Shown: piece by piece, positions 40,401 to 49,297 of the stretch
How the letters are laid out: the number at the start of each line of letters is the position of its first letter
Position numbering within the stretch: the first letter of the stretch is position 1
Assembly (NCBI GenBank): GCA_028699085.1
Contig: JAQVVF010000003.1
Coordinates: 25,721-89,720 of the forward strand
From: Patescibacteria group bacterium
Lineage (GTDB): Bacteria; Patescibacteriota; JABMPQ01; JAQVVF01
Direction: 5' to 3'
Length of the DNA stretch: 64,000 nt
Made by a program: the position numbers and the translations under genes
Notes under the pieces: generated by a model
Seen by the model: only the letters and a program-made list of their open reading frames with translations
Told to the model about the DNA's origin: nothing
Databases searched by the model: none

Positions 40401-41281
40401 TTTTTAACTAATTTCAGTCTTCTCTTAATTTTTTTCTTAATTTGAGCTGGCGCGTTGATTACTTCTTTCTCCAAATCAACTGCCATTTTTTCCAAATTAA
40501 TTTCAGCTAAAACTTTTCTTACTGCTTCAGCGCCAATAGAAGCTTTAAAAACATGTCCGTATTTCAAAGATAAATTTCTATACTTCAATTCAGAAATAAC
40601 ACTTAATTTCTTAATATCTTTGACTTCATCTTTTTCAAAGTTAAAAACTTTATTCAATTTTTGTTGTTCTTTTTCTTTTTCTGAATACAAAGCTTTTAAT
40701 CTTTTTTCCGCATCAGCAGAATTTCCTTTTTCGGACTTTTGTTTTACTTTTAATTGCTTTAATTCTGAAGCTAAATTTTTATACTTATCATCGATTGTTC
40801 TTTTCTTGGTCTTAAATTCATCTTCCAATTCATTCAAAGTTTCTACTTTTGCTTTCTCATCAACAGAAGTTATTAAATAACTAGCAAAATAAACAACCTT
40901 TTCCAAACTTTTTGCAGACAAATCCAAAATCAATCCAACTTTAGATGGAACACCTCTAAGAAACCAGATATGAGAAACAGGAGCTGCTAATTCAATGTGG
41001 CCCATTCTTTCACGTCTCACAATTGATCTCGTAACTTCGACACCGCATTTATCGCAGATTATTCCTTTATATCTGATTCTTTTATATTTTCCGCAATAAC
41101 ATTCCCAATCTTTTGTTGGACCAAAAATTCTTTCCGAAAACAGACCATCTTTTTCCGGACGTTGGGTACGATAGTTGATTGTCTCTGGTTTTTTAACTTC
41201 TCCATAAGACCAATCTAAAATTTCATCCGGAGAAGCCAGTTTTAATCTTATCGCATTAAAATCAGTTGTAATATTTGCCAT
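37457..41281 (-). CDS. rpoC: RNA polymerase beta-prime subunit
   Basis: NADFDGDQMAVH, KPETINYRT, Zn ribbon CYC..CDKC. Confidence 0.99.
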   Translation of the reverse strand: MANITTDFNAIRLKLASPDEILDWSYGEVKKPETINYRTQRPEKDGLFSERIFGPTKDWECYCGKYKRIRYKGIICDKCGVEVTRSIVRRERMGHIELAAPVSHIWFLRGVPSKVGLILDLSAKSLEKVVYFASYLITSVDEKAKVETLNELEDEFKTKKRTIDDKYKNLASELKQLKVKQKSEKGNSADAEKRLKALYSEKEKEQQKLNKVFNFEKDEVKDIKKLSVISELKYRNLSLKYGHVFKASIGAEAVRKVLAEINLEKMAVDLEKEVINAPAQIKKKIKRRLKLVKNLIKVGIRPEYTILTVLPVIPPDLRPMVQLDGGRYAASDLNDLYRRVINRNNRLKRLIELNAPEVICRNEKRMLQEAVDALLDNSARSGKVTAASTGQKRLLKSLADMLKGKQGRFRQNLLGKRVDYSGRSVIVIGPHLKLGECGIPKTMALELFKPFVIHSLIKSEFAHNVRSAGKLIEEGRSEVWDALEETIADKYVLLNRAPTLHRLGIQAFKPILIEGKALQIHPMVCSAFNADFDGDQMAVHVPLTSMAQKEAKEIMSATHNLLKPATGVPITVPSQDIVLGCYYISNMRVGMKGEGKIFSDAEEAILAYENDLVDIRAKIKVRIDNEITETCVGRIIFNRVLPEDFGFRNSVFDKKALRELIGECLHKHGGETTVKLVDAIKEIGFEYLTRSGLSWGMDDLKLPKEKAGMMLEATKKIEEIRQQYKSGLLTDHERYVKVIETWANVKDKITDVTRNTVEEFGPVFAMVESGARGSWPQIVQMMGMRGLMAAPSGKTIELPVKNSFKEGLGVLEYFISTHGARKGLTDTALRTANAGYLTRRLIDVSQDIIIQAEECSDTKGLEITKKDSTEMNTTIGDRILGRTLASDIKDQSGKIVIKKGEIVTRAYGKLIDSLDLDSVRIFSVITCKMERGICQKCYGWDLGKNEKVAIGQAVGIIAAQSIGEPGTQLTMRTFHTGGVASEGDIIQGLPRVEELFEARGIKKPAIFAELDGIASIEEEKDRKILRIVASNVSKDLYQFGANDKLVVKDATDVNKGDVLIKTEKGKDVKAKASGFVKIDGQNLIIVKEGDVEKEYILPNNAVLWVKNKDLVSKGQQLTEGALDLQNLFKSCGREAIQKYILKEVQYIYSSQGQDVDDKHVELIIRQMLNWVRVRKAGKSDLIAGDVMNRVKFLAVRDQLKKDGKELPEADELLLGITKSSLSTDSFLSAASFQETARVLIDASITGKVDELKGLKENVILGKLIPAGTGYVRKV

Positions 41282-41290
41282 TGATTTATA

Positions 41291-41434
41291 TTAGTAAATT
41301 TGTAATTAGTGACTAGTAACTAGTTAAACGTTAACAATGAAACAATTTAGCAATGGAACAATTAGTTAACTTATCTAACCAGTCTAACTTATTTAACTTG
41401 CCAATATCCGTAATATCACAATATCCGAAATATT
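41291..41434. repeat. Four stacked degenerate short-period arrays in the rpoB-rpoC spacer
   Basis: TTAGTAA-like, AACAATT-like, TCTAACTTA-like and AATATCCG-like units in succession. Confidence 0.75.
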
Positions 41435-44400
41435 ATTTCCGTTCGTACTTCTTTTCTTCAGTTTCAAGAATATTTCCAGATTTATCCAAAATTTCAACAT
41501 TCAAAGCTAAGCTTTTTAATTCTTTAACTAAAACACTGAATGATTCTGGAACGTTTGGTTGTCTAATCGTTTCACCTTTAATAATTGCTTCATAAGTCTT
41601 AGAACGTCCAATAACATCATCTGATTTTATTGTTAATAATTCCTGTAGAACATGAGAAGCGCCATAAGCTTCAATTGCCCATACTTCCATTTCACCAAAT
41701 CTTTGTCCACCGAATTGTGCTTTACCGCCTAATGGCTGTTGAGTAACCAAAGAGTACGGTCCGATTGATCTTTGGTGAATCTTGTCTTCAACTAAGTGAT
41801 AAAGTTTCAAGATATACATCACACCAACTGTTGTTTTTTCTGCAAATGGACTGCCTGTTCTGCCATCATAAAGTTGAACTTTGCCATTTTCTGGCCAATT
41901 TGCTCTTTTTAGTTCAGATTTAATTGTTTCTTCTTTTACACCATCCAAAACAGGAGTTGCGACTTTATAGCCTAATAATTTTGCAGCCATGCCCAAGTGT
42001 ACTTCCAAAATCTGGCCTTGATTCATACGAGAAGGCACGCCTAATGGATTCAAAATAATATCAACTGTTCTGCCATCAGGTAAATATGGCATATCTTCTT
42101 GAGGAACAATCTTTGAGATAACACCTTTATTACCATGACGACCAGCCAATTTGTCACCAACTTGGATTTTTCGAAGTTGAGCAACAGAAACCTGAATTGT
42201 TTTTATTACACCAGTTGGCAATTTATCACCTTTTTCTCTAGAAAATATTTTTACATCTACAACCTTGCCATGTTCGCCATGTTGTAGATATAAAGAAGTA
42301 TCTTTTACATCTCTAGCTTTTTCACCAAAAATTGCTCTTAGTAATCTCTCTTCTGCAGTCAATTCAGTCTCACCTTTTGGAGTAATTTTGCCTACTAGAA
42401 TATCAGAAGAAGTAACTTGAGCTCCAACTCTGACAATTCCTTCTTCATCCAAATCTTTTAATTTTTCTTCACCAACATTTGGAATATCGCGAGTTACTAA
42501 CTCTGAACCTAATTTTGTATCACGAACATCAATTGAAAAATCCTCAATATGAATTGAGCTATAAACATCTTCTCGAACAAGTCTATCAGAAATCAACATC
42601 GCATCTTCAAAATTACCACCTTGCCATGCCATAAATGCAACAACAACATTTTTACCTAAAGCTAATTCACCTTTGTCAGTTGAAGATCCATCAGCAATAA
42701 TCTGACCTTTCTTTACTTTTTCACCCATCGACACAATTGGTCTCTGATCAATACAAGTTGAAGTATTTGATCTTAAAAAATTTAATAATTTATATTCTCT
42801 AATATTTTTGTTAGCTTCTAATACCTTTATTCTTTTTCCTGATACTTCAATAATCTCACCATCTTTTTTACAAACAATTACTACGCCAGAATCTTTAGCA
42901 GCTCTTTCTTCACAACCTGTTCCAACGATTGGTGAATCAGGATTAATACAAGGGACAGCCTGACGTTGCATATTTGAACCCATCAAAGCACGATTCGCAT
43001 CATCATGTTCCAAAAACGGAATCAAAGCTGTTGTAATAGAAACAATTTGTTTTGGAGAAATATCCATATATTCAATTTTACCAGTTGCTTCCATTAAAGG
43101 TTCACCTGCAATAATAACTTCCGCTCTTTTACCAGTAAAATATCCCTTTTCATCAATCGGAATTGTAGCTGGAGCTGTTACGTGTTTTTCTTCTTCAATT
43201 GCATCTAAATATTCAATGTCTTCTGTTACTCTTGACCTGATTTGGATAACTTTCAAGCCAGCATTCTTGATTTTGTCAATATCTTTTTTATCAATTAATT
43301 TATCAGCTGGTATGATTGTTTTTCCTTTTTCATCCAAAATTCCTGCTTTATAAGAAATTTCACCAATTGCTTTTTCGGCCTGTTCGATAGGAATCTCTCT
43401 CAAAACCTTTCTATAAGGAGTTTCAATAAAACCATATTCATTAATTCTCGCATAAGAAGAAAGATGGCCAACCAAACCAATGTTTGGACCTTCAGGAGTC
43501 GAAATTGGACAAATTCTACCATAGTGAGTTCTGTGTACATCACGAACATCAAAACCTGCTCTCTCACGAGACAAACCGCCAGGACCCATTGCTGATAGTC
43601 TTCTCTTATGCTCTAACTCGGACAATGGATTTGTCTGATCCATAAATTGAGAAAGTTGAGAAGACATAAAGAATTCTCTGATTGAAGAGATAACTGGTCT
43701 AGCATTAATCAATTGAGCTGGAGTAGAAGTATTAATATCCAAAGTACTCATTCTATCTCTAATAATTCTTTCCATTCTCATTAAACCAACTCTCATCTTA
43801 TTCTGGACTAGTTCACCAATAGCTCTCACTCTTCTATTGCCTAGATGATCAATATCATCAGGATTACCTTGATTAATATTTAATTTAATCAATTCCTTGA
43901 TAACATTAACAAGATCTTCTTTTCTTAAAACTCTATTTTGCTTGTTAATAACAATTTTTTCACCCAATCTTTTGTTCATTTTAAAACGTCCGACTTTGCC
44001 AAAATCGTATCTTTCAAAATTAAAAAACATTGCTTCAATCAATGATCTTGCATTATCTGCCGTAGCTAAATCACCAGGTCTGATTCTTTTATAAACTTCA
44101 ATAAAACCTTCAGCTTGATTTTTTGCAATGTCTTTTTCTAATGTATTTTTAATGAATTTTCTATCAGGCAAAGTATCAACATCTTTGAATTGAGCTAAAA
44201 TTTCTTCGTCAGAAGAAAAACCAAAAGCCCTTAACAATGATGTTACAGGTACTTTTCTCTTACGATCAATTTTTGCATAAATAACACTTTTTGAATCTGT
44301 TTCAATTTCAATCCAAGCGCCACGATTAGGAATAATTTTTGCTCCAAATAATTTTTCGCCTTTTGTTAATTCAGCAGTAAAGAAAACACCAGGAGATCTG

Positions 44401-44798
44401 ATTAATTGAGAAACAACTACTCTTTCAACACCATTAATAATAAATGTTCCTCGATCAGTCATTAATGGAAATTCACCTAAATATACTTCTTGTTCTTTTA
44501 TTTCCCCAGTTTGCTTGTTAACTAATTGGACCTTACAACGAACAGAAGCCTCATAAGTTGCATTTCTAGATTTTGCTGCTACTTCATCAACTTTCGGTTC
44601 GTCAATAATATAATCAACAAAACTTAATTCTAGATTTTTTTCTGTAAAATCCTTGATTGGTGAGATTTCATCAAACAATTCTTTCAAGCCTTCTTTAAAA
44701 AACCAATCATAAGAATCAGTTTGAACTCTGATTAAATCAGGAAGTTCAATAACATCATGCAATTTAGTGAAAAATTTTCTTTTTTGCTTTTGAGGCAT
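41433..44798 (-). CDS. rpoB: RNA polymerase beta subunit
   Basis: [34 protein letters not shown]; likely start ATG 44798 (MPQKQKR), not 44852. Confidence 0.99.
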   Translation of the reverse strand: MPQKQKRKFFTKLHDVIELPDLIRVQTDSYDWFFKEGLKELFDEISPIKDFTEKNLELSFVDYIIDEPKVDEVAAKSRNATYEASVRCKVQLVNKQTGEIKEQEVYLGEFPLMTDRGTFIINGVERVVVSQLIRSPGVFFTAELTKGEKLFGAKIIPNRGAWIEIETDSKSVIYAKIDRKRKVPVTSLLRAFGFSSDEEILAQFKDVDTLPDRKFIKNTLEKDIAKNQAEGFIEVYKRIRPGDLATADNARSLIEAMFFNFERYDFGKVGRFKMNKRLGEKIVINKQNRVLRKEDLVNVIKELIKLNINQGNPDDIDHLGNRRVRAIGELVQNKMRVGLMRMERIIRDRMSTLDINTSTPAQLINARPVISSIREFFMSSQLSQFMDQTNPLSELEHKRRLSAMGPGGLSRERAGFDVRDVHRTHYGRICPISTPEGPNIGLVGHLSSYARINEYGFIETPYRKVLREIPIEQAEKAIGEISYKAGILDEKGKTIIPADKLIDKKDIDKIKNAGLKVIQIRSRVTEDIEYLDAIEEEKHVTAPATIPIDEKGYFTGKRAEVIIAGEPLMEATGKIEYMDISPKQIVSITTALIPFLEHDDANRALMGSNMQRQAVPCINPDSPIVGTGCEERAAKDSGVVIVCKKDGEIIEVSGKRIKVLEANKNIREYKLLNFLRSNTSTCIDQRPIVSMGEKVKKGQIIADGSSTDKGELALGKNVVVAFMAWQGGNFEDAMLISDRLVREDVYSSIHIEDFSIDVRDTKLGSELVTRDIPNVGEEKLKDLDEEGIVRVGAQVTSSDILVGKITPKGETELTAEERLLRAIFGEKARDVKDTSLYLQHGEHGKVVDVKIFSREKGDKLPTGVIKTIQVSVAQLRKIQVGDKLAGRHGNKGVISKIVPQEDMPYLPDGRTVDIILNPLGVPSRMNQGQILEVHLGMAAKLLGYKVATPVLDGVKEETIKSELKRANWPENGKVQLYDGRTGSPFAEKTTVGVMYILKLYHLVEDKIHQRSIGPYSLVTQQPLGGKAQFGGQRFGEMEVWAIEAYGASHVLQELLTIKSDDVIGRSKTYEAIIKGETIRQPNVPESFSVLVKELKSLALNVEILDKSGNILETEEKKYERK

Positions 44799-44873
44799 AA
44801 GTTTAAAAATATGAAAAAAATAAAAATATAAAAATATTTCTCTATATATCAACCTTTAAGACAAATGCCTGAG

Positions 44874-44882
44874 TTATCCACA
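44874..44882 (+). promoter_or_regulatory. DnaA box
   Basis: Perfect TTATCCACA; a second copy lies at 45087-45095; function untested. Confidence 0.5.
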
Positions 44883-44994
44883 GCTCTAGGAGATACAAAA
44901 AAATAGCCAAAAAATGACTTATTTGGCTTATTTAAAGTCTTTTATAAATATCACGCCCGAGGTAATTAACCTCTGCTTTGAATATCATACTTCC

Positions 44995-45022
44995 AGTATA
45001 AGCGTTTTATTTAAAAAGTCAA
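44995..45022 (-). promoter_or_regulatory. Putative rpoB promoter
   Basis: TTGACT-16-TATACT. Confidence 0.6.
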
Positions 45023-45099
45023 GCTTTTTTTAATTACAAACACTATTATGGCTAACATTAAGCAAAATATAACATATATGCTCTTTTTATCCACAACGC

Positions 45100-46359
45100 T
45101 TATCCTTCAATTCCAGTAATTATATCTCGTAATTTTAATAATCCTTCATTTTCGTCTTTACCAGACTCTTTAGTAGATAGCTCTCGATTCATTTTTCGTC
45201 CTATCTTCTCTCTTTGTTTTTCTAATTTTCTTTCTTTATGAGATGTTGCCAAAAAATGCTCTACTTCCTCGCTAACAACCATTACTGCTCCAGCAATTCT
45301 TGACAAATTTGATTCAGTCATTTTTTTTGATCTTGCTAAAATATTTGCCAATTTACCTCCAAGTTTTTCCAAACCAGATAATTTTCTAAGTTCGTCAGGC
45401 TTATAACCAAGCTCGCTTGCAATTCCACCAATCTTTTTTGCAATTTCATCAATTCTTTTAAATGACTTTTCCGATATCTTTTTACTTGCAGAAAATTGAC
45501 TTACAGCAATAGCATCAACCTTTGCTTCAAAATGCTTAAAAGCCGGAATTTCTGCTGTTTCAGTTCTCTCAGATAAAAATTTTGCCTTAGATTCCTCTGT
45601 AGTTGGCGGATCCCAATCATCATAAGGTGCTTTTTCAAAAGGAACATGAGTTATTCCTTCTTGTTTCCTTGTTTCTTGCCTAGCTAGATCTTCCGTTACT
45701 GCTTTCCACATTGCTTCTACATCAGAAGCTTCGCCTTCATCTTCATGACCATCTTGCAACCAAATCGGCAATTCAGTTTTTGTCTGTTCTACTTCTGCTC
45801 TCGATTTAGCTACCCATCTACCATTTTTATATTCTGCTGGAATTACCTCTATAATATCTATAATATCTTTATCCTCAAGAGGAGACCATTCTTCTTCCAA
45901 TGCAGGAGCTTCTTGAACTTTTTGCCCATAATAAGCTTCTTTAGCAGTTGGCACTTCTTCTGGATATATCTCTTTATGTGTCGGCAATTCTTCATGAAAA
46001 AATTGCTCGCGATCAGCAGCGTCTAATTTTTTATTCCACTCCTGCCAAACCCTTTTTTCTTCAGCTGTCTTTGGCATTCTCGGCAAATCTTCTTTTTTAA
46101 GAGGCAAAATATCCTCAAAATTAATCAAATTGCCTTCTTCAAAAATTTGTTCCGGTTCAACTTCCATTTCTGGCTCTTCAACTGTTTTTATATTTTCCTC
46201 ATGCAATTCTCTCTCTTTATTTTTTAAAAAATTTTTTTCTTCATCTGTTGCTTCACCAGATTGAACTTCAGTAATTTCATGAGTCCTTTTAACACCAGTT
46301 TTTTGCCGACTCAGACTCTCTTCATCTGCAAAATTATTACTCGCTTCTCTTTGTGCCAT
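45100..46359 (-). CDS. Acidic hypothetical protein
   Basis: 419 aa, E/P-rich N-half, helical C-half; shares a motif with 46839-47933. Confidence 0.8.
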   Translation of the reverse strand: MAQREASNNFADEESLSRQKTGVKRTHEITEVQSGEATDEEKNFLKNKERELHEENIKTVEEPEMEVEPEQIFEEGNLINFEDILPLKKEDLPRMPKTAEEKRVWQEWNKKLDAADREQFFHEELPTHKEIYPEEVPTAKEAYYGQKVQEAPALEEEWSPLEDKDIIDIIEVIPAEYKNGRWVAKSRAEVEQTKTELPIWLQDGHEDEGEASDVEAMWKAVTEDLARQETRKQEGITHVPFEKAPYDDWDPPTTEESKAKFLSERTETAEIPAFKHFEAKVDAIAVSQFSASKKISEKSFKRIDEIAKKIGGIASELGYKPDELRKLSGLEKLGGKLANILARSKKMTESNLSRIAGAVMVVSEEVEHFLATSHKERKLEKQREKIGRKMNRELSTKESGKDENEGLLKLRDIITGIEG

Positions 46360-46415
46360 ATTTTTAAAAAATTAATTTTTAGTTCTATCAAGACATTATA
46401 TACAATTCCTCAATA

Positions 46416-46805
46416 TTATTTAATCTGTTCTTTTATTCTTCTTTTTTTATCTTCTTCAACCATTTTTACCGCATCTTGAAAAACACTATCAAGCCTTCCA
46501 TCTAACTTTTCAATTCCTTTTTGATATTCATCATAAGCATATTTCATTCTCTTCAACATTCTAAAATAAATCAAATCCAAAACTAATTTGTCTTGATGAA
46601 TTTCAGTACCCAAATTTTCTTTTGTTTTTTCTTTATCTTTAATTCCTTTTTGCACTTTTTTGATATGATTATCAATTGCCTTGATAATATTATCGCGCAC
46701 TTTTTTACTTAGACCTTCAGTTTCTATCTTTTTGATCAAGCTATTTTTTTCACGAGTTGTTAAATCAGATTGTTTGATTAATTCGATTGCTTTTTTTGTT
46801 TCCAT
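46416..46805 (-). CDS. Coiled-coil hypothetical protein
   Basis: 129 aa, K/E-rich helical. Confidence 0.75.
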   Translation of the reverse strand: METKKAIELIKQSDLTTREKNSLIKKIETEGLSKKVRDNIIKAIDNHIKKVQKGIKDKEKTKENLGTEIHQDKLVLDLIYFRMLKRMKYAYDEYQKGIEKLDGRLDSVFQDAVKMVEEDKKRRIKEQIK

Positions 46806-46838
46806 ATTTTTATTATTTAAAATATTTTTTAAAAAAAA

Positions 46839-47933
46839 TTATTCGCTAGGACTTACTTCAAATTTAGCTCTCAATTGTTCAAAACGCTCTCTTTGTTTTA
46901 ATAATTTTTCATATTCTTTTCTTTCACTTTTTTCTTTTCTTTTTTCTTCCCATGCTTTAATTTTTTCTTTTGTTCTTTTTATTTCTGCTGGAAAATCTTT
47001 TGCTATTTCTTCATAAGCTTTTTGAGCCTCAGTAGAAATATCTCTTAAACCATCGTCCATTTTTTTTATCGCCAATTTTGGTAAATTTTCTCCAGCTGCA
47101 ACAGTACCATATCCCAAATCACGCATCGTTCTTCCAAACATTGATAAACCATTTTTTATTCGCCCACTAAACAAACCCTTTAGCAATCCTCCAGCATTAC
47201 TCAAACCTTTCTTAGCATATTTCGTTAACTTTTCTACTGTTTGTCTACCTTGTTCAACATTCCAAATCTTTGCATCAGCTACTGTTTGAGCATCAAAATT
47301 TTTCTCAACATCAGACACTAAAAGATTCGTATCTTCATCAAATGACGTATCAGTATTCCCAATCAGATTATCAACCGTTTGACTAAAGGAATCTTCAGGC
47401 CAATATTTTGCAAAAAGATTTTCAACCTCTGGATTATCATATACTTCTTCCTCTGCAGTCTTCAAAACTTCTTCCACTTCCGCAGTTTTTACACCACCAC
47501 GTCCTTCATTTTTTCTAATCTCTTCAGCAATTTGTGCCAAGATGTCTTCTCCTTCCATTTCTAATGGAGAAGGAGGCGCTTCCACTTCTTCAAATTTAGC
47601 TCTTTCTAAAAAAGCTTTTTCTTCTTCTGTTGCTTCACCCTCTTCAACTTCAGTAACTTTATGCTCTTTTTTTACACCTGTAGCACTTGATTTTTTCTTG
47701 CCATTCTCATCAACTTCTTGGATATCTTTATCAGCGACTTCTAACTCTTTAACAGTTGATGCTTCTTTTACTGTAGGTGCGGCTTCTTCTGCCACAGTTG
47801 GTACATCAACCTCTGCTATTGTTGGCGCATCTTCAACAACAACGCCTTTTCTTTTTCTAGTTCTCTTTCCAGATTTTGCTTGTTCTTTATAAAACTCTTC
47901 TTGATCTGGAACATCAATATTTCTTCTTGCCAT
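46839..47933 (-). CDS. Acidic hypothetical protein
   Basis: 364 aa, PTVAE/PTVKE repeats, C-terminal coiled coil. Confidence 0.8.
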   Translation of the reverse strand: MARRNIDVPDQEEFYKEQAKSGKRTRKRKGVVVEDAPTIAEVDVPTVAEEAAPTVKEASTVKELEVADKDIQEVDENGKKKSSATGVKKEHKVTEVEEGEATEEEKAFLERAKFEEVEAPPSPLEMEGEDILAQIAEEIRKNEGRGGVKTAEVEEVLKTAEEEVYDNPEVENLFAKYWPEDSFSQTVDNLIGNTDTSFDEDTNLLVSDVEKNFDAQTVADAKIWNVEQGRQTVEKLTKYAKKGLSNAGGLLKGLFSGRIKNGLSMFGRTMRDLGYGTVAAGENLPKLAIKKMDDGLRDISTEAQKAYEEIAKDFPAEIKRTKEKIKAWEEKRKEKSERKEYEKLLKQRERFEQLRAKFEVSPSE

Positions 47934-48001
47934 AAATTTTAATTTAGTTTTTTACAAAAAATATCCTTATTTAAATATAACACAAAATAATATTTTCTGC
48001 A

Positions 48002-48673
48002 TTATTTTTTTGGCTTTGTAATATGTGGCTCTCTTAAATAATAAGGCACGACAATATTATTTTGTTCTTCATTATTCAAACGTTCATTGCCAATTTTAAA
48101 TAAATTTTCTAATACATCATTATCAAAATCATCTTTTATCTTAATATCCAAAACTTTATCTTTCAATTTTTCTCTAATTATTTTTTCTTTTTCAGAATCA
48201 ATTTGTCCAATAAAATGGCAAGGAGTATTTATCTTTTTACACAAGTCATCTAAATTTAACACTCCTCTATCTTCCAGTTTATTATTTTTGGTTTCAAAAT
48301 AAATCAAATCGCTAATATTTTCCAAAATAATCACCATATCATGTTCTTCAATTCTGGCAGTTTGACGTTCCGACTCTCCGATGCTCTGACGCTCCATTGT
48401 CTCAAATCTATCCACGCCAACTACTTTGCAATTCCAGCCAAAAGCTAAAGCATTCGCAGTCGCAATACCAACTCGCAATCCAGTATAAGATCCAGGACCT
48501 GTCACAACAATAATTCCATCGATCTTATTATTACCAACTAATTTTTTAATAATTGGCAATAAATCTTCTGATTGCCTTAAATTTGCTTCCCAAATTTTTT
48601 TCTTAATAATCTTTTTTTCGTGAGCAATACCCACAAAAGATATATAAGTTGCCGTATTTATTAATAATATCAT
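48002..48673 (-). CDS. tsaB: tRNA t6A biosynthesis protein TsaB
   Basis: LLINTAT, QSEDLLP, GPGSYTGLRVG, PYYLREPHIT. Confidence 0.95.
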   Translation of the reverse strand: MILLINTATYISFVGIAHEKKIIKKKIWEANLRQSEDLLPIIKKLVGNNKIDGIIVVTGPGSYTGLRVGIATANALAFGWNCKVVGVDRFETMERQSIGESERQTARIEEHDMVIILENISDLIYFETKNNKLEDRGVLNLDDLCKKINTPCHFIGQIDSEKEKIIREKLKDKVLDIKIKDDFDNDVLENLFKIGNERLNNEEQNNIVVPYYLREPHITKPKK

Positions 48674-48760
48674 TTTAAAAAAATAAATTTTATGTTATAT
48701 TTTCTATATTAAGTTCAACTTTATGAACTTTAAAAACTTTATAACTTCATAACTAATAAC

Positions 48761-49216
48761 ATGTTTATTGTTCCAAAAATATTAATCATTGCACTCGTTG
48801 CCGGTGTTCTCGTCCAAATCATAAAAGTTTTTGTCATGTCCTGGCAGAATAAAGAGCTATTCAATATCCATTATTTATCACGTTATGGAGGCATGCCATC
48901 TACTCATTCTGCCTTTTTAGCTTCTTTAACATCAGCTGTTTTTTTGGAAGACGGCTATGCATCAACATCTTTCGCAATTTGTTTAATCTTTTCCATTATT
49001 ATTATTAGAGATGCCTTTGGTTTTAGAATGCTTTTAGAAAATCAAGGAAAAACATTGCTTAGAATGATTGAAAATCATAGACAAGAATTCAAAGAAGTTG
49101 AAAAATATCGAAGATTTAAAACTTTAGGTCTAAGAGTCGGCCATACTTTGCCTGAAATATTTGTTGGCGCGATGATTGGAATATTAGTTACGCTCTCTCT
49201 ATTCTTCATAATCTAA
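48761..49216 (+). CDS. Divergent PAP2 family protein (DUF212)
   Basis: GGMPSTHSA, DAFGFR, GHTLPEIFVG. Confidence 0.92.
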   Translation: MFIVPKILIIALVAGVLVQIIKVFVMSWQNKELFNIHYLSRYGGMPSTHSAFLASLTSAVFLEDGYASTSFAICLIFSIIIIRDAFGFRMLLENQGKTLLRMIENHRQEFKEVEKYRRFKTLGLRVGHTLPEIFVGAMIGILVTLSLFFII

Positions 49217-49297
49217 TCTGCAAAAAGACAAATCCCAAACAACAAACAAATTCCAAAAAGGCTTAAGTTTCGACATTTGAACTTTAACATTCATTTG

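Noticed and set aside
44874-45095. Replication origin
   Set aside because: Only two DnaA boxes, no dnaA/dnaN nearby and no switch in gene orientation.
46347-46359. ATGGCACAAAGAG start shared with ftsK and its copy
   Set aside because: Only 13 nt and similarity stops immediately; plausible by chance.
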